64,000 nt of DNA. Source: Blasia pusilla. Lineage: Eukaryota. The notes under the pieces were generated by a model. The model saw nothing but the letters and a program-made list of their open reading frames with translations, had not been told where the DNA came from and made no database searches. The translations under genes and the position numbers were made by a program. Where the stretch lies: assembly GCA_050084515.1 (NCBI GenBank), contig CM114271.1, forward strand, positions 17,112,001 to 17,176,000, read 5' to 3'. Below, piece after piece: positions 38,126-51,500 of the stretch (within the stretch, counting starts at the first letter, position 1; each line of letters opens with the position of its first letter).

Positions 38126-39479
38126 CAGTTGCTGAATAAATCAAACGTGAAATATGCAATAGCCCACATTGTAGTCAAGCACTCACCCTTATACAAGTTA
38201 TACTTTTCCTCTATAACGTTGTCTTGTCGAGAGCTTTTCTTCGAGAAAGATAAGACCTTTTGGTTGTAGTAGTCGTTGATGCAAGGTCAAGTCTCTAATA
38301 AGTTTCCATATTAAGTATAAAATTATTATATACACTCTTCATTATCTCACGATAAAAATTACGAATGGTAGTTCCGAGGATATCACTTGTTCATAACATC
38401 TAACCGTGGGAAACTCCTAACTATGAAATCCTTGTAAACTACTTTGCACTTATACACAAGAAAGTCGCACAATTAGTGTTAAACCCTACTCAAGCATGCC
38501 TATTAACATCCATAGATCGATATATAAGGACATAAAAAAGATAATCACATGTCCTTCCGTACGTGATAATAAGAAAGATCATCGTAGTTGGAGGTTGGAT
38601 GACGTGGTTCATAAATGTCTCTTTAAAGTGATCGACTAAATAACGATTAAATCAATACCTATCTACGAAGATAACCTTTATGTGATATGGGTTGATAAAA
38701 GGAAAATTGGGTGTGACCTGTGCTCCACCCTTATCCATGATTAACAGACATCATCTATTCTCCTCAAGAATGGGCTTGGCGAAGTTGCTCTCCCAAGAGG
38801 GATACTCCAATCTCATTGGAAAATTAACAAGCCAAAAACCATCCACTATCCTTAGTATCACAAGAACTCCCCTAAGATGACTTGTCTCTACAAATAACCA
38901 TCTCTAATTATATCAAACACTCAAAACTTTTGAAGAATAAATCTTAGCCAAATCACCTTCCGAGAGGAATAATCCATTCTCATTAGAAGAGCAAGCAAGC
39001 CTAATTCCATCCACTCAAGAGTAACAAGGGAGACTCAAGAAATAAAATTGAAGGTGATGAATCCTTGAAGATTCGTATTCTTTATATACTCACAAGGGAT
39101 CCACAAGAGTACAAAAGATGACTAATCTTTCTTATGCCACATGGTTTTCTCTCAAAACTTAGCCAATCCCTTTTTGACACAAGTAGATTACATGTTGTCT
39201 CTTCCAAAATATCCTCATCTACTCACTTCATATCCTCCAAACTACCCCCAACTATCCTAGCCACCAACCAAGACTACTTTAACTATATTTTCATTAGCAC
39301 ACCAACCCTCTACTTTACTTTTATATTCCCATGTATCATTTATTATCTCCTTTCCTAACGTTGGGCCCACACAAATGAAACACCATAAAGAGTTACATGT
39401 AAAATTTATTTTCCTAAGCTAATTTACTTAATCCTTATAAAACTCTTTCTAACATTTATAAGACAAGAGTTTACACAAT

Positions 39480-40170
39480 GGATCATTTTATTATACGACG
39501 ACGTTGTTCAAGCAACTAGCTTAATCCACCACAAACTCTATACCCTTATCATCATGTTGGATGGAGAGTGCTCCAAGCCCCAATCTATGCATGCTCTAAT
39601 TTATTTCTAATTGGAAAGGATGTGGCTTGATAAGTCTGCTCAATATGGGCGCGGATGTCAAATTATCCTTGAGCAACTGGAATGCTCTCTCCTGCTCATC
39701 CCCCCAATACCATTCATGACTCACCTTGGTCAGTAATGTTAGTGCTTCAAAATCAAACTAAGACCCTTAATTTATTGTTGATAGAAGTTCTCAAATTCCA
39801 TAAATGTGCAAACTCGACTCACATCTGTAGGGCGTAGAGTGCGTGAGATAGCCTTTGTTTGTTGAACATCAAAGCCACATGGATATATAGTATAACCCAA
39901 GTACTCAATGTGGTTGTATAAGAACGTGCACTTGCCATGATATAGCTTCAGCCTATATAACTATAATCGTCAAAACACGTCCTCCAAATGTCGCTTAAGC
40001 TTATCAACTATGACGCTGAAAAATACGATGTCATCAATGTAATATCTAGCAAAATCTAGACCTGCCAAGATCCTATCCATGAACCTCTGAAAAATTTTCG
40101 GGGCGTTCTTTAACCCAAATGGTGAGAATCGCCTTTGGTACAAACAATCCTTTCACAATGACTCAAACCC
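39480..40170 (-). mobile_element. Degenerate RT/connection fragment of the same gypsy family
   Basis: DCLYQ..FSPFGLKNAP and ARYYIDDIVF; collinear with 13370-14040. Confidence 0.82.
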
Positions 40171-40179
40171 GCAAAAAAG

Positions 40180-40434
40180 AAAAAAGAAGTTGCGAGTTAT
40201 TTTGCAAGTATTTTAAGACATAATTGTGACTAAAGTGCTATCAACTTTCGAGTTTAAGAAAATATAACTTTTGAGTTGCATTACAATTATAACTAGTGAG
40301 TCCAATTCTTAGGTTTGTGAGTCAATTACAAGTGCATGACTCGCAAAGTTGCAAGTTTAGTAAGATTCTATTGCAACTATACTAAGACTAAGTTGCTGCT
40401 CTCAAAACTTCCAAACTAGCCCAATGTAGTAGTG
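40180..40434 (-). mobile_element. Possible CACTA-type terminal fragment
   Basis: Minus-strand CACTACTACA at 40434, followed by repeated tcgcaa/ttgcaa-like subterminal motifs. Similar motifs occur at 44330-45060. No partner end found. Confidence 0.4.
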
Positions 40435-41699
40435 TTGGTTCTAGCCATCAAAGGCAAAGAAATACCAAACACTTGGCCATATTTCAAGCTAGGTGGCAAC
40501 CTTCTTGGAGTACAACCCTTGTGTCGTGTGAGTATACATCACTAACCAACATACATCCGATCTCATCAATACACATCTAAAGTCCATCTATCATATGGAT
40601 CCTAGAACATAACTACACAAAAGATTGGACATACCCAATTTAAAACTCATCTTTACCTATACAATCAAATATAATAAGGTAGAACCTTCCATTGTACTAG
40701 AACAACACTCATTCCCAATGTGGCTCGGAAATAAAAATTGTATGCATGAATTGCTCTCAAAATAAACACAATTAACATGCATGGACAATGTGTGATCTCT
40801 ATGACAATCCTAGTCCAATCTTAATACAAGAGACTACATGTTCAATGCATTAGTATAGCCTTGTTACAATGCATCATAGATCCCATTCTTGGGATTTCAT
40901 TTCTAAAGATAATTTCCAAATGAGCCTCCTCATGAGTATCTCCTCCTTGAGCCACACCATGGTAACCTATTGGAATATGCTACCACTCCATTTAGTAAGA
41001 AAAGGCTTTCATGAAAGGTCAAAGCCATCCTAGCTACTTGAGAATCATTGGCTTAAGAGGAATCAATACATGCATGGCATTCACTAATGTGCCACCCAAC
41101 ACAAAAGGGAAAGATTATATGTACATATAGGTCATCATCAAGGCAATAAGTCACAATGAACATTACAAAGGACCCCTCCAAGTCTAGATGTACTCTTGCC
41201 TACCTCCCTACAATCATAGCTATGACAACTATTTTGTAAACACTCATTACTAACCAACATACATCGATTCTCATTAACATAAGTCAAAGATTCATATAGC
41301 ATATGAATCTTATAACACATCTACACGAACAATGGGACACACCAAATCACCCCTCGAACTTGTGGTTAGATCCCTCTAACTCCAAATAGTTTACAAAACA
41401 TATATAAATATTATGCGTAATTATAGTGGTGAGATCAAAAGGTTGGGTGCTATGTTGCCCCATTGTTAATGACTTTCATGCAATCCATCCTTCATCTTGT
41501 GAACCATCCATCCATCAAAGTTATACACATATGAGACAAAGCCAACATCCTTTAAAAACCAAATCAAATACAATATATGTCATCATGCATATGTTGAACA
41601 TCCAACATAAACATCATGGTTGCTCCCTTGGAAGACCATACAGCATGCATCTAGAGCCTATAAGAACCATTATCAAGCTTAGATAGATGTCAGAAAATT

Positions 41700-41794
41700 G
41701 ACTTGAGGTAGATGATATAGCAAAACGTATTGTCCAGACGCTAAAGAAGGGTTTGTACAAGTATTGCTTGTAGACAGATCATCTAGGAGATTGA

Positions 41795-41795
<1 letters not shown>
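41700..41795 (+). mobile_element. Short integrase fragment
   Basis: Homologous to 15140-15232 (aagggtttgtacaagtat...catctaggagatt). Confidence 0.6.

Positions 41796-41798
<3 letters not shown>

Positions 41799-41880
<82 letters not shown>
41799..41880. repeat. (CT)n(AT)n compound microsatellite
   Basis: Long CT run followed by an AT run. Confidence 0.95.
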
Positions 41881-41881
<1 letters not shown>

Positions 41882-42421
41882 AAAGAATATATCAGTTTTT
41901 CTATTTTGTGTGAGTATCAAATATAGTAGTTCATATATATTATGAGTTTGACTGCATATAACTCAGTCTTCAATACTCCTCAAGCTCATAGCGATATCTT
42001 TAGTACTTAAATCGTTTCTAAACACTTAAACTTATCTCTAGAATATGACTTTGTAAAGATATGAACAATTTTTTGATATGTACCTATATCAAAAACCACA
42101 AGATCAATTTCTCTAGCAAGCATTTTCTCTCTAATAAAGTGGCAGTGCACTTCTACATGTTTTGTTTGAGTATAAAACACAATGTTATCAGCAAGCTCAA
42201 TGCTACTAATATTCTTTGCACATATTATACTAGGTCTTGAGTTATTAATACGAATGTCACAAAGTAATCAGTGAAGCCACATCGCCTCACATGATGTATT
42301 GGTTGCTCTTCTATATCCATGTTGAAGATAAGACAACTATAGGATGCTTCTTTGAAGCCCAACTTATAGCTTCGTTTCCCAAGGTGAAGAATAACTAGAT
42401 GTAGAGTGTCTATTAAACACA

Positions 42422-42864
42422 TGTCACATCTTTTAGAATGGATCGATGAGTTTATGGTAGATCACCTTCAAGGACATCAGAGTACAACCTCGAAAGGTCA
42501 AGGATGACCTACTCAAGCCTTTGGTAACATGAGAAAGCAGGTTTTCCCTTCGTTTTGGCTCATTAGGAGCTATACAGATAAAATTACAAATTTGAATATT
42601 TATTGTTGGGATAAGTTATCGTTAGAAATATATTTGACTTTCCATTTTGGAAAGCGTCCCTTTGCCCGCTACAGTAGGTCAAAAGCCAAGCAAGTGATCT
42701 ACGAGGAGAAGTTACCATGGATAGATTTTGGGATATATCCAAGGAGAGAGAGCTTTGGAGCTTATTCTCTCTTTGTTGAACCTCTTGGCATGAGGCGGCA
42801 AAGTTATGGTCCTCCTTGCCTTGTAATTAATCCAAGCCTCTCATTAGGAGAGTGAATTTGGTTT

Positions 42865-42898
<34 letters not shown>

Positions 42899-44325
42899 TG
42901 GAGTTTGATTGTACATTGTGAGACGTTTGAATGTTTATGATTTACAAAGAGAGAATGAGACAAGAGCAAAAGCCACTCATTTGAATATTGTGTTGTTTTA
43001 TTTTTCATACAAAAGAGTGGCGCATTGCAGTGCTGCCCAAATGTTTTTGAGTATGGGGGCGGGGTTCTCCATATATGTGTTTTTAGGAGCGCCTTGTAGC
43101 CTGTTGGATTTATGTTGCACATGTTTGCAATTTTTTGTGGAAGAAATCAATGCGGAAGCGTTGCCAAATTTTTTATAGGAGTTGAGGCCACGGGTTGCAC
43201 GATAATATATCCCAATTTCAGATGGATGGTTGGATGAAGGAATTGATTTGATGATATTGTAGATCAAGAAGTCATGCACGCTTTTTGAAGAAATGATGCA
43301 CAATTTTGACATTGGAGCTCAAAGTTGAGGTCATTCTCGTGGGGCTGCTATAGCCAATGCGTGAAGGTAGAAATTTTGAAAGCTTGGAACTCCCTTTGGT
43401 GGGGTTAGAAAAAAAATTCATTTTATTTTAGTGCATGGGACAAGTGAAAAAGTGATTTTAGGGTGAGGTCAAGTGAAAATTTTATTTAGTGGGTGTTGAA
43501 AGGAGATTTGTGGGTTTTAGTTTGTTGATTTTTTCTGAAGGGATTAGTAGAGTGGGATTTTTTTTTAAAATTTTAAATAAGGTTAAAGTAAAGCCATATT
43601 TATCCATGTGTGACCAGACATAATTACCATTGATCTTCACCACCATCTACGTATTTTATCGTTCAACCACCATCATCTATTTCACTACGGTCAAACTATC
43701 GCTTGACGCTACTTTGTTGTCATCAACAGATGGGGTTGAGTTTTGAGGTATTTTCTAATATGCATAGTGATTGGTAGCCGCTTGACGATGATCAAGTACC
43801 GTGTCGTGATGGTTGTAGTTGCAACATGCTATTGATTGTCACGCCATACCGCTCGTGGCCGAATCGTACCATCTTGATCACGGAATCGCATTACCACAGA
43901 AAAGCATAGTGTATATTATCCATAGAGGAGGGGATGCCACTGATTGTTGCATCCCATCATCGAGTGCCTTGCTGTTTGTAGCCATTCCGTATCACTAGTG
44001 TCGCATCGTACCGCTGTACCCACACTGCACATCAAGGAGGTTTGAGTATCGTCAACATCAAAGAATAGGACTTGCTAATTGGAGGAGTTTGTCTTTATGA
44101 AAAAGTTGGGATCAAAGTTTGCAGTTGTTAGGGAGCAAAGAATACCTACATTTTGTTTAGATTATCCATTCTAGTCTTTTGCCCTGCACGTTTGAGGAAT
44201 TTTCCGATATTGGGTAGCTATTTGGGATATTTGGGTTTATGTGGATGGTAAGAGAATCATTGATGTACATGGTTAAGGTACATAGACATGTGTGGAATGT
44301 CCAGAATTTAGGGCATGCTATGTCG
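42422..44325 (+). mobile_element. Truncated 5' end of a second, older copy of the gypsy family (repeat A + 5' leader)
   Basis: Starts TGTCACATC. Homologous to A1 (gttgaacctcttggcatgaggc, ccaagcctctcattaggagagtg) and then to internal 7083-8470. Confidence 0.88.
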
Positions 44326-46880
44326 AAGTCTCACAATAGTAAAAAAATGGTTGCAAATAAATTGCAAAAGACTAACAAAAAGTCACAAGATAGTAAGTCC
44401 AAGTAGTGTTTTTCTTTGCGCTCCCAATTTAAAGTAGTGGTTTTTTGCACTCGTGGAATAGTCGTTGCCTACTCAAATTTCCCTCACTTTGGACTTACTT
44501 TTGGATCTATAAAGCACTTTTTCCAAGGGGGATTTGGATCCTTCCAAATTTTTTCTTAAGGATTTCTTTGATTTTCTTACTCCTTTATTTCTTATAGTCT
44601 ATAATCAAGAGTTATGGAAAAAAGCATATAATACAATGAACTTTACTTGTCTACATGTTCTTCAACATAAATAAAACCAAAAAGTTAAGATTTAGCTCAA
44701 CTATAGAAAGAAATGAGTTGTAAAGTTAGGAGAGGAGTCTCAAAAATTCGGTAGGAAAGTGAGAATGGAGTGGTTTGGAGGCAAAAGGGCAATATATGGC
44801 GGAGGTTTCGTTGTCCGTGGATGCATTTGCAAGCTGTTTATAATGCCGAATACCTGCACTTTTCAAGTTATTTTTGAGGCATACTCACAAATCTCAAAGC
44901 GAGGTGTTTGCGACTCTTTTGCATCTCTTGAGACTCGTAAAATTTGGAACAAGTCGCAAACTAGAGCCAACCTGCATTAGACTTGTAAATGGCTCGCAAA
45001 TGACACGCAAATGACGCGCAGGAAATGGACTCATAGACTAGTTGTAAACGCTAAAAAATACTCATAAGATGACGAATGTACCCTCTTATCCGTTGTAGCG
45101 CAAGATGCATTTGGGTTGGGTAAGTTGATGTTGGAAAGCTTGTAATAAGCGGGTTCCAACACACCAACTATCCAAAAAAATACACAATAAAGCTCTTGAA
45201 AGAGGCCATGAACTATCAAAATGACACTTGGGGTACGTTGAGAGCCACAAGCAACGGCTTGAGAGGGATACTTATTAAAAGTAGGGCCTCAAAATATCTT
45301 GAACCGTCTACTAGGAGGTGGTTATCTAAGGGATTTTGGAGCTTGAACCCACCTGAAGAACCACAGGGATTGATGTAAGGATACATGATGGATAGAGAGG
45401 TTGGCATTGGAGGTTGATATAGTTGCACCGAGCAAAATTTGGTGGGACCAATTTTTGGACGTAACCTTGGATTTCAACCCAAGGCACATATGTTTAGTCC
45501 CAATTAGACACTTGTTTAATGTCCATTGAGTAGTTGACAGTATCATATACGCTGTTTGAGATATTTAGACCATTAAAGAAGTTTGTTCTTTAAATTCTAA
45601 TTAAATTTTAAATAAAAAATTTCATTTGTTTGAAAGGAAGATTGAAATTTTGGAAATCGATTTTTCATGACTCATTAACGAATATTCTCTAGATGTAATC
45701 ACTTTTCTTAAACACGGATTAGGCAAGACAACATGAAATATAACAAAAGGATACCTCTCTAAAATGCATATCCAGTTTATTTCTAAAAGGTCCACGTTCA
45801 AACCACCCTGACTGGGAGGTGTAGAGGTGGTTTTCCCCATCCCATCCCGCGCACTTTCAAATTCAATTGTCACACGACGCGTGTCAGTCATACCAGCTGT
45901 CGATATTTGAATTGAACTACCAGAGAGCTGGCGAGGATTCTCTCGCCACGTGGCATATGCCATTCGTCGCTTTCTGACTCCTTGCCGGGAGTCACCCTGC
46001 ACTGTCGCGATAAGTCTGACCGATTGTTGTCTGCTTATAATACGAATTGTTTAAAAAAATAAAAAATAAAAAATAATAACACTATTTTATCAATCGGCTT
46101 CAATCAGGGCCCGGGGAGCTTTCCCGGCTAAATGGGTAGTTTCGCGGTGGTATACATACGCAAACGACGCTTCAGAAATAAGAACCGGATTGTAGATAAA
46201 AGTTACGAAGAGACACCCCTATTCCCGGGCAGTGTTTCCCCGGCAGGTGCAAATTAGCGACGGGAATTTGAAATTTGGACCGGCAACGGTATCACGGTTC
46301 TGCCCGGGCCTCAGCTCACCTCCTTCGAGAAGATCGTGACGAGAAGAGCTCTCGGTACATCGATGGTACGGGAGGCGGGAGGTGGAATTGTAGCGGTTGG
46401 TGTTTGCACTCGTGTTTCATTGTGTAGAGTGTATTGTGTGCAGAGGTAGGTTGAGGTTGATGCGTTTGCACTTTGAATCAGACAGTGAGGATGCGGAGTC
46501 GTTATTGCGAAGACGATGTGCGCTACGATGGGGTACGAAGGATATGGAGTAACGGCGATATTCACTTGTTGGAGAAGATGGGATGAAGGATGTGAAGTTT
46601 TTTTTATAGGGTACCGACGTGTAGTGATTGTAACGCGCGGCGTTTATTCTGCCTCATAGTATTTGTTTGTTTTGTTTTCGGAGGTGGTCTGTAGTGGAAG
46701 CGCTATGATTGTCAATTCTTTTCTTTCAAAGTGAGGTGCGAAGACTATGGAGTCTTTACAGGGTCGTTTATTCATTTATGGTAAGGTGCCATGTGTGTGT
46801 AGTCATTACGAGGACGTTAGCCCACTTCTCGGATAGGAATGGAGGTTATGAGGTCTTTCAGTATTTGGACTCTGAAGTTT

Positions 46881-47102
46881 TTTGACGCATGAAGTTGTTT
46901 CTCGCGGATGTAGGTAGCGTTCTTGTGATATTTGTTGGAATAGGGCAGAAGATCTGCATTTGTGAAGTCTCTCGCCTTCTTGGTATCTTCCTTTGACGCA
47001 TGAAGTTGTTTCTCGCCGATGTAGGTAGCGTCCTTGTGACATTTGTTGGAGTACGGCAGAAGATCTGAATTTGTCAAGTCTCTCGCCTTCTTGGTACCTT
47101 CC
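46881..47102. repeat. Tandem duplication, 2 x 111 bp
   Basis: Units start tttgacgcatgaagttgtttctcgc at 46881 and 46992; ~90% identical by eye. Confidence 0.9.
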
Positions 47103-48589
47103 TTTCATCCGTAATTAAGAATCTAATTACGTCCCATACGTTTCCTAAAGCTGTTAAATACCTGCCTTTGTAGGAGGAAATGGAATGTTAGGTCTGCTTA
47201 CCTATTAAATCATGTATGGAAGTGTTTGATTAGACGTAAATTCCTCCACGACCGTTGTGCTCAACGCATCTATTTTTCGCAGCTGTCGGATCCTTAAAGG
47301 TCTTGATGCACCTGAAGGAGGATGAGGTTTCCAAAATGGCTTAACTACGTACTGGCGACAGATGTCTCGATGAAATGAAAAGAGAAGCAGACCTGAGAGT
47401 GGTCATTTGATGGATTATTCTAGATCGTCTTCAAAGTTTTATTTTTCTGAATATTAGGGTTGCCCCTCTGCGTTCTGTCCTTGGATTCCCTGTTTCTGTT
47501 AGGCCTACTTGTAGAACCATGTGCGCCGCATCAGTTTGCCGACTGGTGCACACGGATAAGTGAAATACCCTATCTCGACTCACATATCTGTAAGTGAAGA
47601 AAAGTTATAATCTGGACGCCCACGGTCTAGGGAGTACATATTCCTATGAGAGAGGGATTCGAACACGTCAGATCAACCCCTAAATCTTCAGAAGTTTGTT
47701 TCGTTACGTTTCTAAAACTCGTTGCTATAATGAGGTCTGCCATGTCGAAGGTGAAATGAAATGGCATTTTAAGCTGATAGAGCCATTTTCTTAGCACAGA
47801 TTAGGACATGGTGCACGACAAGCGGGGTTCGGTTTGGTCAAATATGGAGTTTGTAAAATTTTGTACCTGCGTGACGGACGTAGTCTAATCACGAGAATCA
47901 TCTGTCCCGACTATGCCTTGCTCTATAGCGGCGACGTAAGCACGATGATGTTGTACCGTAGCTACCAGTTTCTAAGAATCATTGTCAAATTTTAGTGTCA
48001 GTTCGAGTGCGGGAGCGAGCTGAATGTAATCCTTGATTTTTTCCGAATAAATGAGCGGAACTTGGCACTCGACTGCATCGTTGAAAGTGAGTAAAAGTAA
48101 GGCTTATTCTGGTTCGTTTTCAGAAATTCACCTTTCAAGTAGCACAACAACGAATGTCGCGGCAGTCATAGCGTAAATGTACCCGAGTGTAAGCGCGCAC
48201 AGAAGTAGCGTAGAAGACGAAAGTTTCTTCCATGGTGTGTGCACCTCCACGGATGCCCCAATGCTATCGTTTCTGTCTGATCTACTCAGGTAATCATGGG
48301 CCTGTCAAGCGGTAGAGGGGACTCGTGCCTAATTCTGAATTCAGACTCTTGCATGGTTCCAGACTAGGCCCGAGAATTTCTGCGGGGCGTGGTAGCTCTC
48401 TACTCCTGAAAAATCGGAGGACGTCTATCTACCAAGCTTTCAAAAGGAAGATTGGAAACAATCCTCGGTTCCCATGTACCTCTGATGAAGTACTCAAGTA
48501 GTCACTCCTGCCAAGACCTCGACTTACCGGACATAGAAGCCAGCATTGATGTATCAACTTCCCTTATTTGCTCACAATATCGAACTATC

Positions 48590-51500
48590 AGCACTCCAGA
48601 CTACTCGAATCACAGTTGACCAAGCCCAAATGAGTAGCTCGATGCAAGTATTGAGGCTCACTAATTTTTCCATTCCGTTGGAGGTTTTTTCCCCCTTCCC
48701 AGCCCATCATTTGGGGGAATATAGCGCATAGCCCTTGCACCAATTCTCATACACGTGCGGAAATTCTTAGCTTCTAGTACTTCATCCAGAACTTTCTTCT
48801 GCAAGAGATGTTGAAGCCAAGCCAACAATCAGAGTCTGGTCTGGAGTCGTTCAATTGCATTGCTTATGTGCAATAATATGTATTTCTCCTTCCTGGTGCT
48901 TGTTCCTACCTAGCGAAAAGCGAATCTCAGAATTGGTAGGCCACGGACGCTCATGCTTTGCAATACGACTTGGAGGTTAAGATGTGGACCTTGAATCGTT
49001 CCCATCGACTGTTTCTCAAATACTGTTTGTAGATCTGTTCCTCCTTCTTGTAATCCTGCGCATTGATCGCACATCATTCGAATCGAATGAATGGATGCTT
49101 TGAGCGAAGGAATCTAGACTTCGTAAGGATGGATGAGAGGAATGGATGCGTGGAGCGAAGGAAAATCTTAATTCCAGACTTGATATGGAACGGATCAAAT
49201 GAACGGACTAACTTGAAGCTCAATGGTGCAATCTAATGCATGTACTAGTAGGAAATGATGCATCAATGGAAAACCACTACAACCAGCCATCATCAGCATC
49301 CTCCGCAAGTCCGAGAGAAAATGTCAGGTTCATCACATATAACACAAGGTCCTAATCCTAACTCCAAACCTCTGACCACGTTGATTGCATGAGCTGAAAT
49401 TGGTGGGATGAGTGAGCATTGACGTTCTTACGTGCGCAGAGAGCGCTTTTATCACATCTCTGTCGCAATGCCGGTGGAAGTCCCACACATTTAGGACCAA
49501 CACTTCCACCGGGCTAATGGTGACAATGCTGACAGCTCTACGTGATTTCTTTAGCAGGCCCCTCTGCAAAACAAAAGCAGTACCAACAAGGTCAGACATT
49601 GCTCAACTTTGGAAAAGTTGAGCAATCAAAGATCTCCGCCAATGGCGAATCATCGCTATATGATAGAAAAGAGGAACGTTAAACCTAGTGGAATCAATCT
49701 GAAGGTTGAAACTTTATCGGTGTGTACGGACTAATGTCAGCACGACGCAGTCAGTCAGACCATGAAGTGTGAAATTTCACCTGATCAGAAATTTCACGAC
49801 AGTACTACGTTAGGGCAGGACAAGCAAAAGTTGCTGCAGAACGGTGGGCGTAGTCAAACGTTGAAAGACTACTAATAAGTTTGGAACACTTGGGAAATCA
49901 GAGACCCCCAATCGGATTATAACAAATGTTTTAAGGCGCTCAATCCTAGGGAAATCAACAGCCCCTTCCCCGAGGATAGAAAAATGGACAAGTGGGGGAG
50001 GAACGTACGACAATAAGGAGGGAAGGTTGAACGTTGAAGGCAAGAAAATTGTATCATTGATTGACTTTAGAGGGGATTAGAGCTTTATATTCTAGATCTG
50101 GAGAACCTATCTGTTGACGACCGTGCGTAGTTCATTTGTACGATCAGTACTGAACTAGCGGTGTTTCCAGTATCTGAGCTGACATTGTTTATGTTCTGCG
50201 ACCCACATTGGTTTTGAACTATTAACTTTAATTGACAATTTTATTGGCATCGTTGCTGTTATCGTACATTTGAATTCACATTGTTTCTGGTATGGGTGGA
50301 AGGGCTGACACATATCAACCGACATTTCTGGTGCGTGAACTCGTGGACCCGTGGTGCATAAGCTGATATTGTTTATGTTATTTGTGAGTTTAGTTAGTTA
50401 ACGGTTTCACAGTTTCTCCAACTAATGGAGTGTGGTGACTGTGGTTTGGAATCTATTTTTTTCTCTTTTGGCCCTTGCTTGATATAGCCTAAGATCTTTT
50501 TGGCCTATCGAATGTTTAGGTTTCCTAGTCGATAGGCTCTCCCATCGATTGTATTCTATACTTACGAACTTCAATGGGTCGATTCCGTATAGACTTTCGT
50601 ACGGTTCAGGGGCTTAGTAGGGTTGTACAACTGTCAGCTTGAAGCAGCCCGGCTATGGAACAGCTACATTGACAAATGACGAGGACGTTCGCCTTTAGAC
50701 CAAGATAAGCAAATGGGAGCAGTACTGATTCGCGTCCATGCGCAGTTCGTTTAGGAGATACAGCTGCTCGATTCCTCATCAACTTCAATTGCTATCGAAA
50801 GGTGAGTTCATGGAGCCACATACCTCCCCAAAGTAATCTCCAGCACCTAGCAAGCCGATATCCAATATCATGGTGTTCTGAGCAGCACAAATCACATGCA
50901 TACTCACTATCAGTAGTACATCACCCCGATTTGTGTAACCTTTTCTTGGAAAGGTGTGTATCTTCATAACTTAGCTCCGTGAAGATTCGATCCCAGGCTT
51001 GATTTTTCATAGCGTCACGCAAGCAGTCAGCAATCGTTCCACTAATGAAATTAAACATTTGGAAAGGTTTTTCCGAAGATTCACACGTTGTTGGATTGCT
51101 GCAGTGAAGCTCTTCTTCGCCATCCACGAAACATGGCATAGGGTTGTTGCATTCATGAATTTCTTGTAAGGTATGCGTGGGGTCTATGATCAAGAAGATC
51201 GAGGAGAATGAATGCTGTCGAAAAGAGCAGAAATGGTAACAAGTTTGGTGGAACAGCTTCGAATGTAAACGCCTCAGCATCGTGAATTGAAGAAAAGGAT
51301 TGAAAAGAATGGAAGTTTTAGAGTTGTGAATTGAAAAAGGTGTATTTTTGTTCTCAGCTGTCACAACTTGTTCCCGGGTCTGCAGAGTTGGGAGTAATGT
51401 ACCTTGTCCTTGTTTTTAGCTTCAGGACCTTCTCCTTGCTCGAGCTTTTGAATCTCCCGACCCGCTCCTGGAATGAAGCTGGGGCTTTCAACATTATCGG

